Below are positions 25,576 to 39,446 of a stretch of 64,000 bases of DNA, in pieces (within the stretch, counting starts at the first letter, position 1; every line of letters begins with the position of its first letter). Origin of the DNA: Octopus sinensis (Eukaryota); assembly GCF_006345805.1 (NCBI RefSeq), contig NC_043005.1, forward strand, positions 30,070,001 through 30,134,000, read 5' to 3'. Under the pieces are notes generated by a model, which was not told the origin of the DNA, ran no database searches, and worked only from the letters and a program-made list of their open reading frames with translations. Position numbers and translations under genes: made by a program.

Positions 25576-27431
25576 CTAAATTGAAACAAATATAAAATAG
25601 AATGATATTTAATATACACACGTAGACATTCATATTATGACTGTCTATTTGTATCTCTCTCCCTCTCTCTCTCTATACATACATACAAATATATATATAC
25701 ACACACACAGACACACATATGCATACACACACACATATACACATGCATACATACACACACACATATATACACATGCATACACACACACATATACACATTC
25801 ACACACACACACATATATATATAGCACAGGCTTGTAAGGTATACAGAATGTTATATGCTATTTTGAATTAATACTATCAATGAATTTTTATACACCCTGC
25901 CAGCTTGTTGTGACACCAGTTGTTTGTTAATTACTGTTTTTCCATATCAGTAGAGGCTCAACTTAGTTTAGGATGTGTTTGCCACTGGATGCTAGCAATT
26001 GATGATGGCCAAAGAAGCAGGAATACATATTTAACAATTCCACCACCACTACTAGACATGGTTCGTCTGCTATTGATATAGTCCTGTGTTTTTTAACAAT
26101 ATATACCTTTTCAAGATACAATCTTGACACACCAGAATTTCAAGGTTTTCAACAGTATATCTGCATTGAGTATGATACACAGAATACTATTTTAAACTGA
26201 TACTGCTTCTGTGACTCGTGCAGTTCATGACTCTGCAAAGAAAGAACTCTTAGGAGAAGGAGAGTCTGCCTAATGTGGACCCAACTGAGGGACCAGCTAT
26301 CCAAATCAACAGTTGCTTGGTAGATAAAGCAATTAAAGAAATGAAGACAGGGAAAGCCCCCACACACACATATTTACCTATCTATCTCTCTCTCATATAT
26401 GTGTGTTTGTGTGTGTGTGTTCTTTTACATCTGCTTTCCATGCTGGCATGGGTTGGATGAGTTGTTACAATCTGATCTGAGTTCTTATTTGGACCCCTAA
26501 ATGGGTATGGACCACATCTCATATATATTGCATTTTGGGTACATTTTCTATCATTAGACCCCCTTTGCTATCAGCAGTCACTTTAGAGAATATCCTGGGT
26601 AGATTTTAACATGGCATTGGATTCTAGAGGAATTGTCACATCCTCAGTAAGATGAAAGCGTTCTCTCAACTTTATTTTGTTTCTATTTGTTCATTAACCT
26701 ATGTATACTGTGTACTGAGTGTGTTTTACCACAGCATACATACATCATCAGGATTTTAATAACTGAATGTGTGTGTGTGTGTGTGTGTGTGTGCATGAAC
26801 TGCCACTCCGCAAGTCATCAAAAGAATGGATGAACCTAGTGTAGGGTTAGGGTTTGACGATTATCTAGCAATAGCACGGACCCTCAGAAATTCTGGTTGG
26901 TGTCTACCATGCTGGAAGTAAAGTACCTCTTAGCTTTTGTTAAAGTATGTCTCTGATATAAAACCAGACACGCATGGAATGGCACTGAATATTTTGGGGA
27001 TCTTTTGCTTGCTCCTGAGATCATGCTGCTCCCACACACCCGAGTCTGCAACCCATATTTGTAGCGGCTATCTTGTCCTGGCTTTCCTTTGGATCAGGTC
27101 AGTAGGGCAGAAAGGGTCCGTAAGGTGTTATACAAGCCTTATTGGACCTAAAACTCTGAGTTGTGCAATAGCCAGTGAGGCAATGATCTGATGCCTGGTC
27201 AAGTTAAAAGGTGTGACAGACATGAACCCAGGTGAAGCCAACTGTTGATGCAATAATCTCATGCACAGGCAATGGTCAATGATGATCTTCCTAAGTCATG
27301 GGTGGACAACCATCATCATCATCATCATATATATCTGCATGTATGTCTTTATACATACAGAATTTTATATCTACATAACATGCATGGAGCTATTCATGAA
27401 CTATTGAAAATGTTGAATTAACTGTACAAAC

Positions 27432-27491
27432 CATCCAGCCACTGGTGTATGGCCCACGACCGGTTTTCTCAGATTTGAAAATTTTCAGATC
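27432..27491 (-). CDS. PITPNC1: PITPNC1 exon 7 (60 nt)
   Basis: cttttcatttag / gtttgt. Reads DLKIFKSEKTGRGPYTSGWM, matching the PITP FKSxKTGRG motif. Confidence 0.93.
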
Positions 27492-28631
27492 CTAAATGAA
27501 AAGGGATAAAAATAAACAACATTGTTATGGTTTCTGTTGGATGAAAGTTAGGGTTTTATCAAATTTACTAAGTGAAGGAATATGATGCGGTAGAATGCAA
27601 TGACTACAGAGATGACAACAATGAAGAGGATGAGATATAAAAATGCAACAAAACAAAATATAGTGTGTGTGGGTGTGTGTGTGTGTGTGTGTGTGTGTGC
27701 ATATGCATGTGTGTGTGTGTGGTGTGTATAGACATGTAGCGTGTATGAGCAAGGCTGCGATGGACTGGTGTCCCATCCAGCTGGGGACATATGCCATTGA
27801 AACCAGGAAATCGGGCTCATGAGCCTGGCTAGGCTTTAAAAGGGCACATTTATTTATATTATATTCATAGTATTATGTTATATTATAATATAAATTATTG
27901 GATTGTCAATTGAATCTCTCTAATTTATTGCTTTATATAAATATATATAGGTATATATACACTTGTTGCTTACTTTTATGTGTAGTTAGTATGTCTTAAT
28001 GCAACAAGATGGTAAGGTGATCTATTTCCTAATTGTCAGACCAGGCACAGCTATGATACATAATTGAAGTGAAATTGCCACAACCAGGATAAGTGTCTAA
28101 GTCACAAACTCACCTTACTCCAATACTTACAACCTGATCTTAAATTACTATTCTGGACTGATCACATGTTGAAAGCTAACAACTGATTCCATTTTGGTTG
28201 AAATTATTTTGTATAGTTAAGCAGTTTGCCTCCTAACTACATGGTATTGTGTGGCACTTTGGGCAGACATTTTCTACTACAGTACCAGACCAGTGAAAAT
28301 CTTGTGAACAGATTTCATACATGGAAACTGAAAGAAGCCTATATATATATATATATGTAGACTTGTGTGGGTCTTGTCTTGACATCGCATGATAGTTGTA
28401 AACAAACATTGCCATCAGACAAGTGGTGTCATTTGTTTGTAGTCTTCTATGAAAAACATGTCTGACCAAGGAGAAATATTTTACCCGATTTGACAGCAGG
28501 ATTGGTGACAGGAAGAACATCCAACTAGAAAATATGTCTCAACAATGTCTGTCTGACTGATGCAAGCATGGAAAAGTAAATGTTAAAACAGTAGTAATGA
28601 TGATGATAAGAAATCAAATATTCAAACTGAC

Positions 28632-28730
28632 CTCTTCTGGTTTATAGTGATGTTCTGCAATTTCTTCCATAACAATATCGACGACGTCCACCTCTCGTTG
28701 TTCCAGTTCATCAGCATCAAGGTCAATACA
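28632..28730 (-). CDS. PITPNC1: PITPNC1 exon 6 (99 nt)
   Basis: cttattttcag / gtcagt. Reads CIDLDADELEQREVDVVDIVMEEIAEHHYKPEE, phase 0 at both ends. Confidence 0.92.
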
Positions 28731-28796
28731 CTGAAAATAAGATTAAAATGTTCTGTGTTTTTCACCAATACTAATTACACAGTACTATACTCTGTT

Positions 28797-29193
28797 ACTC
28801 TTTTACTTGTTTCAGTCATTTGACTGCGGCCATGCTGGAGCACCACCTTTAGTCAAGCAAATCAACCCCGGGACTTATTCTTTGGAAGCCTAGTACTTAT
28901 TCTATCAGTCTCTTTTTGCCGAACCGATAAGTGACAGGGACGTAAACACACCAGCATCGGTTGTCAAGCAATGCTAGGGGGACAAACACAGACACACAAA
29001 CACACACACGCATATATATATACATATATACGACAGGCTTCTTTCAGTTTCTGTCTACCAAATCCACTCACAAGGCATTGGTCGGCCCGGGGCTATAGCA
29101 GAAGACACTTGCCCAAGATGCCACGCAGTGGGACTGAACCCAGAACCATGTGGTTAGTTAGCAAGCTACTTACCACACAGCCACTCCTGCGCC
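28797..29193. mobile_element. Composite of two abundant SINE-like repeats
   Basis: The cttttacttgtttcagtcatttgactgcggccatgctggagcacc family is followed by a minus-strand tRNA-like SINE (head ggcgcaggagtggctgtgtggtaagtagcttgc, B-box-like ggttcagtccc). The same composite is at about 63175-63555. Confidence 0.75.
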
Positions 29194-29522
29194 TATTATT
29201 CATTAACTACATGACTATGCTCAAATTATATCATTTTTATCTTAGATTTTTCAGATTTTCTTATCAGTTTTTCAGTTGGTTTGAATCAGCAGAATTCCTA
29301 AATCCATACCTAATATTTCTAGACCTTCAAGTCCCAAATTCAAGAATTGAATATATTTGTGCTGTTTCTCATAAAACTGGTTGAATTCCTGTAGACTTTC
29401 CCACCAAAGGTTTTTAGACCATTTAGCACTGAGCTTCAGCAGTCACATGTTGATTCATTTGACTGTGACAAACAAATCAACATCTGATTGCTAATGAAAA
29501 AATTAGATAAGTGAATACTTAC

Positions 29523-29594
29523 ATTCTCTGATGTCCCAGGATTATTTTCATAGCGGGTCTCAATATAGACAGAGAACTTAGGCAGGAATGAACA
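29523..29594 (-). CDS. PITPNC1: PITPNC1 exon 5 (72 nt)
   Basis: tttctgtttatag / gtaagt. Reads CSFLPKFSVYIETRYENNPGTSEN (human CSFLPKFSIHIETKYEDNKGSND). Confidence 0.96.
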
Positions 29595-32500
29595 CTATAA
29601 ACAGAAAATAATCATTATCTTTATTTATTCATTTAAATACAGCCAGTCAGATCATCATCATCATCATTTAACGTCCACTTCCCATGCTGGCATGGGTTAG
29701 AAAAGAAAATAAGTGTTGTGATGTTCATGTCCTTCTTCTCAAGAACATAAATGTTGGTCAAGAATAATAGAGAAAATATTAAACATACAGAAAATAGTTG
29801 TGGTGTGGCATATTACAGTGGTATTATGCTGATGTCAAGGCGAGGTGACATTATGGAGATAAAAAGGCACAGAAGCAAAGGCTAAAGGTGATGGGAAAAT
29901 ACAATAAACCAATAGGTAAAAGTAGATGCATCACTGGCTTCATAATTACTTTACAAAAACATGTACAAAATTATTTGTTGTAAAACTTCAGAATAAATTT
30001 CCTTTGGTGAGAGCATGAAGAAATTAGTTCCAAGTTATTTTCATTTTGGCTACTATACTTCAGAATATCTTCCACCATTACTAATTAGGTCACTTAAACA
30101 ACAGAAACTGTCTATAATACATGTAAGGATTCTTCTGGACAGTTGAGAAAATCTATTCTCAATGCACTCTTATTATTATTTTTCTGAGCATGTACCACAC
30201 ACAAAGTCTATTTTCTTTGTTAGCCTGCTTATGATGTCACTGCACCTTTTGTGTGTCCAAAGTTTGCATTGAGTACAGCAGAGGGAGTTTTTACCTACTC
30301 TATTCCTACCTATGCATGTCTCTTTTCCTACTCAGCAAAACTTTAGTCTTTATTATGTTAACTCTAAGGCTCTTTGATTCCAGTCTTGCTTTCACACTTG
30401 GAATTTCACTTCAAATTCAACTACTTATAAGATTTGCCTTACTATTTATTACTAATGTAAATCACCATTCCTTTCCTTGTACAATCTTTAAGGTTCAGAG
30501 AAGCAGAGATCATTGTAGTTTTAATCAATGATAGAGAGAGAGAGAGTAGACACAGCTTGAGTGTGATTTTTTAATATTAGAGATGAAAGATGGACAGGAT
30601 GTGAGTGTATAAGAGTATTTGTGCAAATGGTTATACTTATGCAGTGAGCATTCCTTACAAGATAGTGAATGTGGCTACAGTGGGTGTTGCACTCAAGAGA
30701 CATCTAGTGAGATCTTCACCCAAGATGTCAGTACTACTAGTTAGTGTTTCACGCAAGGGAGTTTGTGTATTTTGTAAGTTAGCAGTTTGAGAAACCCCAG
30801 TTTATTGTAGAAAGGGGTACCATAAAATATGGAACAGTTTGTCCTTTTGAATTTTTAAAGGATTCAAATAAACAAAAAAACTCTTCTACTTACTGCTACC
30901 CATACAGAGAAAGCTGCCCTTTCTACATTATTTCTTTATTGCTCACAGGGAGCTAAACATAGAGGGGACAAACAAGGACAGACAAAGGGTTTAAGTTGAT
31001 TGCATCAACCCCAGTGCGTAACTGATACTTATTTAATCGACCTTGAAAGGATGAAAGGTAAAGTCGACCTCAGCGGAGTTTGAACTCAGAACATAAAGAC
31101 AGATGAAATACTGCTAAGCATTTCACCTGGCATGCTAACGATTCTGCCAGCTCGCTGCCCTTTGTACATTAAGCTATGCTTTGCCCATCAGGCTTCTCTT
31201 TGCCCTTTACTCACTGAGCTGCTTTTTGCCCAATGAGTTACCCTTCACTCACCAACCTGTCCTTCACTCATCAGCCATATATTTGACCTTGACATGTTAA
31301 GAATAAATGTGTTAAACTATGTGACTAATCCTATTAAATACAACACACACACATACACATCATATACATGTGCACACAACACATACATCATATATACATA
31401 CACGTGACTCACTCACACACATACGCACACACCACAGCACAATACAATACATAAAATCCCTGCTGCTATACAAATGTAGGTTAATAACACACACCATTCG
31501 CCTGTGATAAAGTTCAGTTAACCAAGACTAATCACTTGGAAGACAGCAACACCTCACAGCATCCACTACAGTTGATCACATGACTAGTCATGGGACCAGG
31601 ATCTCAGTCAGTCACATGGCTGAACTGCTGTAAAAATATAAAGTCCCCACATGTTTCAGAAGCACCTATCATCATCTACATAGAGAGATAATGCTGAGAT
31701 AGAGAGAGAGTGGTGATAGTCATCTTTATTTTATATTTTTAGAAGCATAGAATTCACTCAATGAATGAGAAGGTGAGAGAGAGAGAGTGGGAGGGGGGAT
31801 GGGATCACTAACATGTGGCTGTATGGCAAGAAGTTTGCTTCTCAACAACATGATTTGGGGTTCAGTCCCACCATCTGACACCTTGAGCAAGCATCTATTA
31901 TAAAGCTTTTGAGTGACCAAAGCCTTGTGAATGGATTTGATGGAGTGAGAAATGAAAGAAGCCAGTCACATATATATATTCTTTTCTACTCTAGGCACAA
32001 GGCCCAAAATTTGGGAGCAGGGGGCGGGGCAGTCGATTAAATTGACAACAGTATGCAACTGGTACTTAATTTATCAATCCCAAAAAGATGAAAGGCAAAG
32101 TTGATCTCAGCAGAATTTGAACTCAGAACATACAGACAGACAAAATATCGCTAAGCATGTTGCCCGGTCTGCTAATGTTTCTGCCAGCTCACTGCCCTAG
32201 TTACATATATATCATCAACATTTAATGTCCATTTTCCATGCTGGCATTGGTTGCACAGGATCCAATGCAACCCATACCAATATAGAATCAGATATGCAAG
32301 GAACACAGGATCCAGTGGGTCAAGTTCCACTGTTAGTTTTGGCATAATTTGTACAGCCAGATGCTCTTCCTAACACCAACCACTTCACTGAGTGTAAAAA
32401 GGTGCTATTTTTTTCATTCCACGGGCATCACCGAGGTTGCTACATAACTTCTAAGATGTGTGTGTGTGTGTCCTTGTCTTGGCATTATGTGGTAGTTGGG

Positions 32501-34112
32501 AGTGTCAGCATCATGCAAGCAGTGTTCTTCATTTCTATGAAACATGTTTGGTGATGGAAATGGTTACCTTGCTTGAAAACAGATGAGGGTTGGCAACAGG
32601 ACAAGCATCCGACTGTAGAAAATCTGCCTCAACAAATTCTATCCAACCCATGCGAGCATAGAAAAGTGATGTTAAAACAATGATGATGATAATGATGATT
32701 GTAGTAGGTGAAACATTAGCAGAAATGGAAAGTTCTGGAGGAATTTGGTTTTAGAGGAAAAGTTGCCATTGCAGTTTCACCAAGACATTCCAGTTATGAC
32801 CATCCTAAGTCCTAGATATACATAATGAACAATATAGACTTAAATATGCAAAGAACACATGTCTGTCATAATTGGAACACTTCTGGTCATATGTTTACTC
32901 AAACAAAGCTGACCTGGGGCAACAGAAAGTAACTGTAACCTTATTAATGTTGTTTCAACATCCTTATTTATTGAGGTAGATTTCTCTGAAGTCAGATGGA
33001 TGCTCTTCCTGTCACAAATCTTCACCAATTCCCAAACAAGGGGATATTTTGCCCTGGTTGATTAAACAACATACAGCATGGACATGCTTATGCAGAATAT
33101 TATATAAACAGTGACTTTTATTCACAATCAGCTTGCACCTGTCAAGACAAAGGGAATACACACACACACCATCATTGTTTTAACATCCACTTTTCCATGC
33201 TTGTTTGAGGAAGATTTTCTATGATTGGGTACCCCTTGTCACAAACCTGCAGTTGTTTTCAAGCAAGGTAACATTTCCTCATGGCCAGACATGTTCTTGC
33301 AGAATATTGGACATGAATAACACTCCTTTACAACAAAGAGGCTCACTCACACATGCATACACACAAACACACTACATTTTAACAACAGTTTGGCTCAGCT
33401 CCATATCACGTAAAGGACTAAGAGCAACCTCAGGTAAGTTGACATCAAAAGGGTTAAGTTTTGAAGAAAATGTACTTGTACCTCAGTCATTTACTGAGAA
33501 GATATATGTAACTCCTACCAAATGTGCTGAGTACCACTTTCCTTCATCTGTCCATTCACAAGTATGTGTGTGTATACATGTGTATGTGTGTGCATGTATA
33601 CATGTGTGTATACGTGTGTATGTGTGTGCGCATGTGTGTGTATACATGTATTTTTTCACACACACACACTGAGGCTTCTTTCAGTTTCCATCTACAAAAT
33701 CCATTCAGAAACCCGTGGTCAGTTTGGGGCTATAGCAAACAACATTTGCTCAAGGTGCCATGCAGTGACGTTGAACCCAAAACCATAAAGTAGGGAAGCA
33801 AGTGCACACAATCGGCGTCTTCCAGTTTCCATCAACTTACAAGGCATTGGTCAACCTATGGATACAGTAATGGACACATGCCAACTGTGTCCACTCAGTG
33901 GGAACAAAACCCTACCAGGGCCGAAGGCAATCTCAGATGAATGGATATCAAAAGGGTTCAGTTTTAAATATAAAATATACAGCCATCAACCACTTAATGA
34001 AAATTTCTAAATTTACAAACATATCCAACTGATATTAGTGAGAACTGACAATCTTATTACTAGAAATATTGCAAAGTATTGTGTTAATCATAAAAACAAA
34101 CATATCACTTAC

Positions 34113-34120
34113 TGTATATT
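34113..34120 (-). CDS. PITPNC1: PITPNC1 exon 4, 8-nt microexon AATATACA
   Basis: aag / AATATACA / gtaagt. Supplies (E)YT, which is needed to join phase-1 exon 3 to phase-0 exon 5 and gives the conserved TITEYTCSF. Confidence 0.85.
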
Positions 34121-34622
34121 CTTTATGTCCAGCCAGTTGGAAAGATCAATGTGGTGGTCAGAAAACAAGTAAAAGAAAAAGAGTCAACACATGATAAATT
34201 TACTGAGATAAAATTAAAAGTAAGCATTTAATCAGATAAACTTTTACATTTAAAAGATGTGCAATATTAAAAGATGCCAAAGTGTGCAGAGGATTTATTT
34301 GTCTTTGAGTTCTCAGGTACTGAACAATTGAGACAGACTTCTAACATAAAAATACAATACAACTCTGTCACAGTTTTACTCATGGCAGGAGGTTCACTCT
34401 GCACTGTTACAATTCCACAGAACACTTTTCGTTTATTTAGTTCTCTTGCTTCTTATATTTATCACCTGGTTCCTGTTTATCTACTAGATATTATATAACT
34501 TAGCGTAATGATGAAAGTTTTTATATATATACATACACACACATAAAAATGGCTTATGTTCATATATGTATACACATGCATCATATATGTCAATATATAT
34601 ATAAAACATATTACCCTTAAAC

Positions 34623-34678
<56 letters not shown>

Positions 34679-35521
34679 TTTACACCTATGATAGACATAC
34701 ATTCACACATATATTACATACACACACATAGATATATGGGTGATATATATGCAGCCAGATACCTTTCCTGGAAATAGGAAGAGCATCTGGCTGTAGAAAA
34801 TCTGCTTCAACAAATTCCATCTGACCCATGCCAGCAAGGAAAAGTGGACGTTAAAATGATTATATATTATGCACACACACACATATTAGACGACAATAAT
34901 ATATACTATGTCGGGTTCCTCTTGGTCCCTCAGTACAACCGGTTACCAAAGATTGGCCGTTGGCAACTAATCTGGCAATCCTATGAAGCCTTCTTTGTTA
35001 GGAAGGTAGTTTCATTGAACACTCTGCAAGATGGAAAGCAAAAACCTGTCATAATTCAGGTGAACTCAGCCAAATCAACAGTCATCCAGCAACTAGACAT
35101 GAAAGACCCTTAGTTTTTAGTTTCAGCATTTCTCTGAGAGAAGCAAAACTGATGTAACACTAGGGACTTAATTTGCATCAATAATGTGAACCAGTTCTTC
35201 TTTTGGAACAAATGCATACATTGTTCAGAGAGTGAGTGGCCCTGTGCAAAGCCTTTACTCATTTCTAAAATTTTTATTAGTCGATATTTAACATTTATTG
35301 CATTGCATAACAGAGATGTTAAATATCAAGTGATTTGTGTTTGGCTGTGGCCAAGAAAAGCAAAACTCAACTGGAACTAAGTGACATTCGCACAGAACTA
35401 AGTCTGTAATCCCTCAAAATTCAAAACTAACCCTTGTCACCATTGTAGGATGACATTAAACCTAGGTTTTAATAAGAGTCCAGTATAAACTTATGTAAGG
35501 GGTAGAAATATAACACAATAC

Positions 35522-35610
35522 CTGTTATAGTATGAGGAAAGAAATTCCAGGCTCGTTCAGTGACATAGAAGATTCGTGGAATAAGACTCTGTACCCAGCC
35601 TGGAAGTCGA
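35522..35610 (-). CDS. PITPNC1: PITPNC1 exon 3 (89 nt)
   Basis: ttcttcttttatttccag / gtattg. Reads (S)RLPGWVQSLIPRIFYVTERAWNFFPHTIT(E). Confidence 0.96.
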
Positions 35611-35654
35611 CTGGAAATAAAAGAAGAAAAACAAATTGATATAATCATATTTAA

Positions 35655-35890
35655 ATACACAAGAGTGGCATAGGACACAGGGGGTGGCTTGGGATACAAG
35701 GGTGGTGTGGGACACAGGGGTGGTGTGAGACACAGGGGTGGTGTGGGACACAGGGGTGGTGTGGGACACAGGGATGGTTTGGGATACAGGGGCAGCTTGG
35801 GACACAGGGGTGGCTTGGGACATGAATGGTATGGGACACAGGGGGTGGTGTGGGACATAGGAGTGGCTTCGGACACAGAGGTAGCTATGT
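35655..35890. repeat. 18-bp G-rich minisatellite (about 13 units, consensus GGACACAGGGGTGGTGTG)
   Basis: Tandem units are directly visible. The array ends about 45 bp from the exon 3 acceptor and merges into a SINE head on the other side. Confidence 0.93.
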
Positions 35891-36044
35891 GGTTCAGAAG
35901 TTTGCTTCCCAAGCTACATGGTTTGGAGTTCAGTCCCACGGCTTGGATCCTTCCAGTAACCCCAGACCAACCAAACAAAGCCTTGTGGATTTGGTAGATG
36001 GAAACTGAAAGAAGCCCCATTGTGGTGTGTGTGTGTGTATGATA

Positions 36045-36088
<44 letters not shown>

Positions 36089-36120
36089 CCAAAGAGGGTA
36101 CAGACGCCGCTATATATATT

Positions 36121-36343
36121 ATTTTATGTAGAAAAATACAATCTGGGACAAGAACGTAAAACATTTAGAAGACGATAGGAAAAACGGACGGGACATTCGA
36201 TTAATCTTGATTAATCAGCCGAAATTGCTACGATGATCCGGTTCTTGACTGAAGATTGAAGGTTTCGAATGTCTCGTCCGTTTTTCGTATCGTCTTCTAA
36301 ATGTTTTACGTTCTTGTCCCAGTTTGTATTTTCTACATAAAAT
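36121..36343. repeat. Hairpin with ~80-bp arms (36121-36200 / 36265-36343)
   Basis: attttatgtagaaaaatacaatctgggacaagaacg...ggacattcga pairs with tcgaatgtc...cgttcttgtcccagtttgtattttctacataaaat. Confidence 0.88.
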
Positions 36344-36345
36344 AA

Positions 36346-36399
<54 letters not shown>

Positions 36400-37420
36400 G
36401 CATACACACGATGGAGCTTCTTCATTTTGTATACAAGTGTGTGTACATTTGTGTCATTGTCATTCATTTCCAGTATCCTGCAAAAACATGCCAGGCCACA
36501 GGGAAATGTTACTTTGCTTGGAAACAGGTAAGAGTTGTTTAAAAGAAAGGCATCTGACCAAAGAAAATCTGCTTCATTTGTCTGACCCATGTAAGAATGG
36601 AAAAGTGGATGTTAAAATGATGATGATGAGGAGGATGACAAAATAACTAAGTTCAAACAAAATTTCATTATTTCTTCAAATGAGAAATAATTATGAGATT
36701 CTCTAATTATGTTAAAATTAATTTAATAACTCCTTTTCTACTCTAGGCACAAGGCACGAAATTTTGGTGGAGGGGGGGCAGTCAATTAGATTAACCTCAG
36801 TATGCAACTGGTACTTAATTTATTGACCCTGAAAGGATGAAAGGCAAAGTCAACCTTGGTTTAATTTGAACTCAGAATGTAAAGACAGACAAAATACCGC
36901 TAAGCATTTCGCCCGGCGTGCTAACGTTTCTACCAGCTCGCCACCTTCACTTTAATTATTCCATCAGCATCATTAAGCAATGCTATTTTCGTTCACCAAC
37001 CATATACAATTTTTTACATTTATATAACAGGTCTTACATCACAATTTTGGATGAGATCAGAATAATACTGAAATATGCAGTGTTGTTAAAAACATGTAAA
37101 TAATATAATGACTAATATTTAGTCCTCACTGTATACATATTCTAATGAAGTGCTTAATACTCCATGTAAATACGATAACACTATTTTGCCTGTCCCTTTA
37201 ACTCCATAATTCTCAACCATTTTCTTCCTATTTTACTTAGGTAGACCTTCAAAGTCATTTGAGGTTTCAAAAAATCCCATATTTTTATAATTAAATATTC
37301 ATAGGAATTATTCTTTTACTTGTATCAGTCATTTGACTGTGGCCATACTAGAGCACCACCTTTAGTTGAACGAATCGATCTCAGGACTTATTCTGTCGGT
37401 CTCTTTTGCCAAACTGCTAA

Positions 37421-37477
37421 GTTATAGGGGACGTAAGCACACCAACATTGGTTGTCAAGCAATGGGGGGGGGGACAA

Positions 37478-37523
<46 letters not shown>

Positions 37524-38754
37524 GATGGGCATCTTTCAGTTTCTATCAACCAAATCCACTCCAAGGCTTTGGTCGACTGAGGCTATAACAGAAGACACTT
37601 GCTCATAGAGGTCATGGTGATATCTAGGACAGGTCATACAAAAGACATGGGTACTTCCCACATCCTCCAATTAATAAAGCTACATGAAAACAGCATTGAG
37701 TGATATTTAATGGATTAACTTGATATTAACGGGATTAACAAAGCTTGTGAAATATAAAGGATTAGAGAGATCAGTGGGACTTAGAGGGTTACACTGAAAA
37801 AGATTTATGGAACTGCTAAGGAATTTAATTTTGGCTTCTGATTTAGTTAGAAGGAGACAAGATTAGTCATTGACTTCAGTACTTCACTGGTGCTGTATTT
37901 AACACAAAGCGCAACAGGCCATGATCATGGACATCAGACACACGATCATGGCCCAGATAGATGTACTTACACTATGGGCATTTGTTGAAGTCTAATGTCA
38001 CTCAAATGCTCCGATATCCCCCAGAACGCAAGAGGACAAATAGTTCAACTAATGACTTTTCAGATGACATAAAACTTGCTGCCATTATATACTAAGAAGA
38101 TATTTTAACTATTTTTTGTTTTTTATGTGTGCATGGTAGTCTCATTTTCATAAAATGTGCTCAGTAGTCCATGCTATGTAAGTGCAAATCCCAGCGCTTT
38201 ATGGGTTAATTAATCCTGGAGATAGAAAATGCAAAAATGACCTCAGCAGGATTTGAACTCAGAATGTAAAGAGCTGAAATGAATACAGTAAAGCATTTTT
38301 TCTGAAGCAAAAATTCTTCTGCCAGTTTGCCTCCTTAAGGAATCTAATTATGAAAGTTAAATATAGATGCAAAAATGGCTGTGTGGTTAAGAAGTTCACT
38401 TACCACTCATATGGATTTGGGTTCAATCCTAACTTACAGCAATTTGATCAAATGTCTTCCATAGTCCCAACCCAACCAAAACCTTTCTGAGTGGATTTGG
38501 TAGATGGAAAATAAAAGAAGCCCTCTGTGTTTGTGTGTGTATGTGAGAGAGAGAGAGAGAGAGTGAACAAACAAAAGAAAGCAACATTCAACACATTTTT
38601 TACAGCAGTGTGACTCCCATCCATCTCATCAGATGCTAGACGAGATGGACATGTCCTTTGTACCCATGAAACTTACAGGGGACGTTACAGGGGACGTAAG
38701 CACACCAACATTGGTTGTCAAGCAATGGTGGGGGGGACAAACACAGACACACAC

Positions 38755-38799
<45 letters not shown>

Positions 38800-39126
38800 G
38801 ATGGGCATCTTTCAGTTTCTATCAACTAAATCCACTCCCAATGCTTTGGTCGGCTGAGGCTATAACAGAAGACACTTGCTCATAGAGGTCATGGTGATAT
38901 CTAGGACAGGTCATACAAAAGACATGGGTACTTCCCACATCCTCCAATTAATAAAGCTACATGGAAACAGCATTGAATGATATTTAATGGATTAAATTGA
39001 TATTAACGAGATTAACAAAGCTTGTGAAATATAAAGGATTAGAGAGATCAGTGGGACTTAGAGGGTTACACTGAAAAAGATTTATGGAACTGCTAAGGAA
39101 TTTAATTTTGGCTTCTGATTTAGTTA
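37421..39126. repeat. Local direct duplication, ~430-bp copies at 37421-37849 and 38684-39126
   Basis: Near-identical copies that include SINE pieces, a (TA)n tract and non-SINE sequence. Confidence 0.92.
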
Positions 39127-39446
39127 CAAGTTAAGTGGAGTTGAGTCACAGGATTATTAAAAACCTATGTGTGTGTAAGAGAGTCTCTCCCTGTCCTGCA
39201 ATTGGGTGCTGGTTATACACAAATATTAACATCATCCAAGAAGTGTCATTCATTTGTAATCATGTCCATCCATTGTGCTGTTCATGTTCAAAGGACTAGA
39301 GAAGACAATATAACCTTACTCAGAAAGAGGTGGGGATTAGTGGCCCTCAGCCATAGGAAATCTACCTCAACAAATTATGTTTGCCTGAAGAAAGCATGGA
39401 AAGGTGGACATTAAAATGATGATTAAATAAGTTGCAGATGATTTAC

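Noticed and set aside
35469-36164. 231-aa ORF as a stand-alone gene
   Set aside because: Only 35522-35610 is a true exon. The rest is SINE, microsatellite and minisatellite; the open frame is noted as a finding only.
36240-36275. CTGAAGA...CGAATGTC as another hammerhead
   Set aside because: It has no GAAA box or formable helix I/III.
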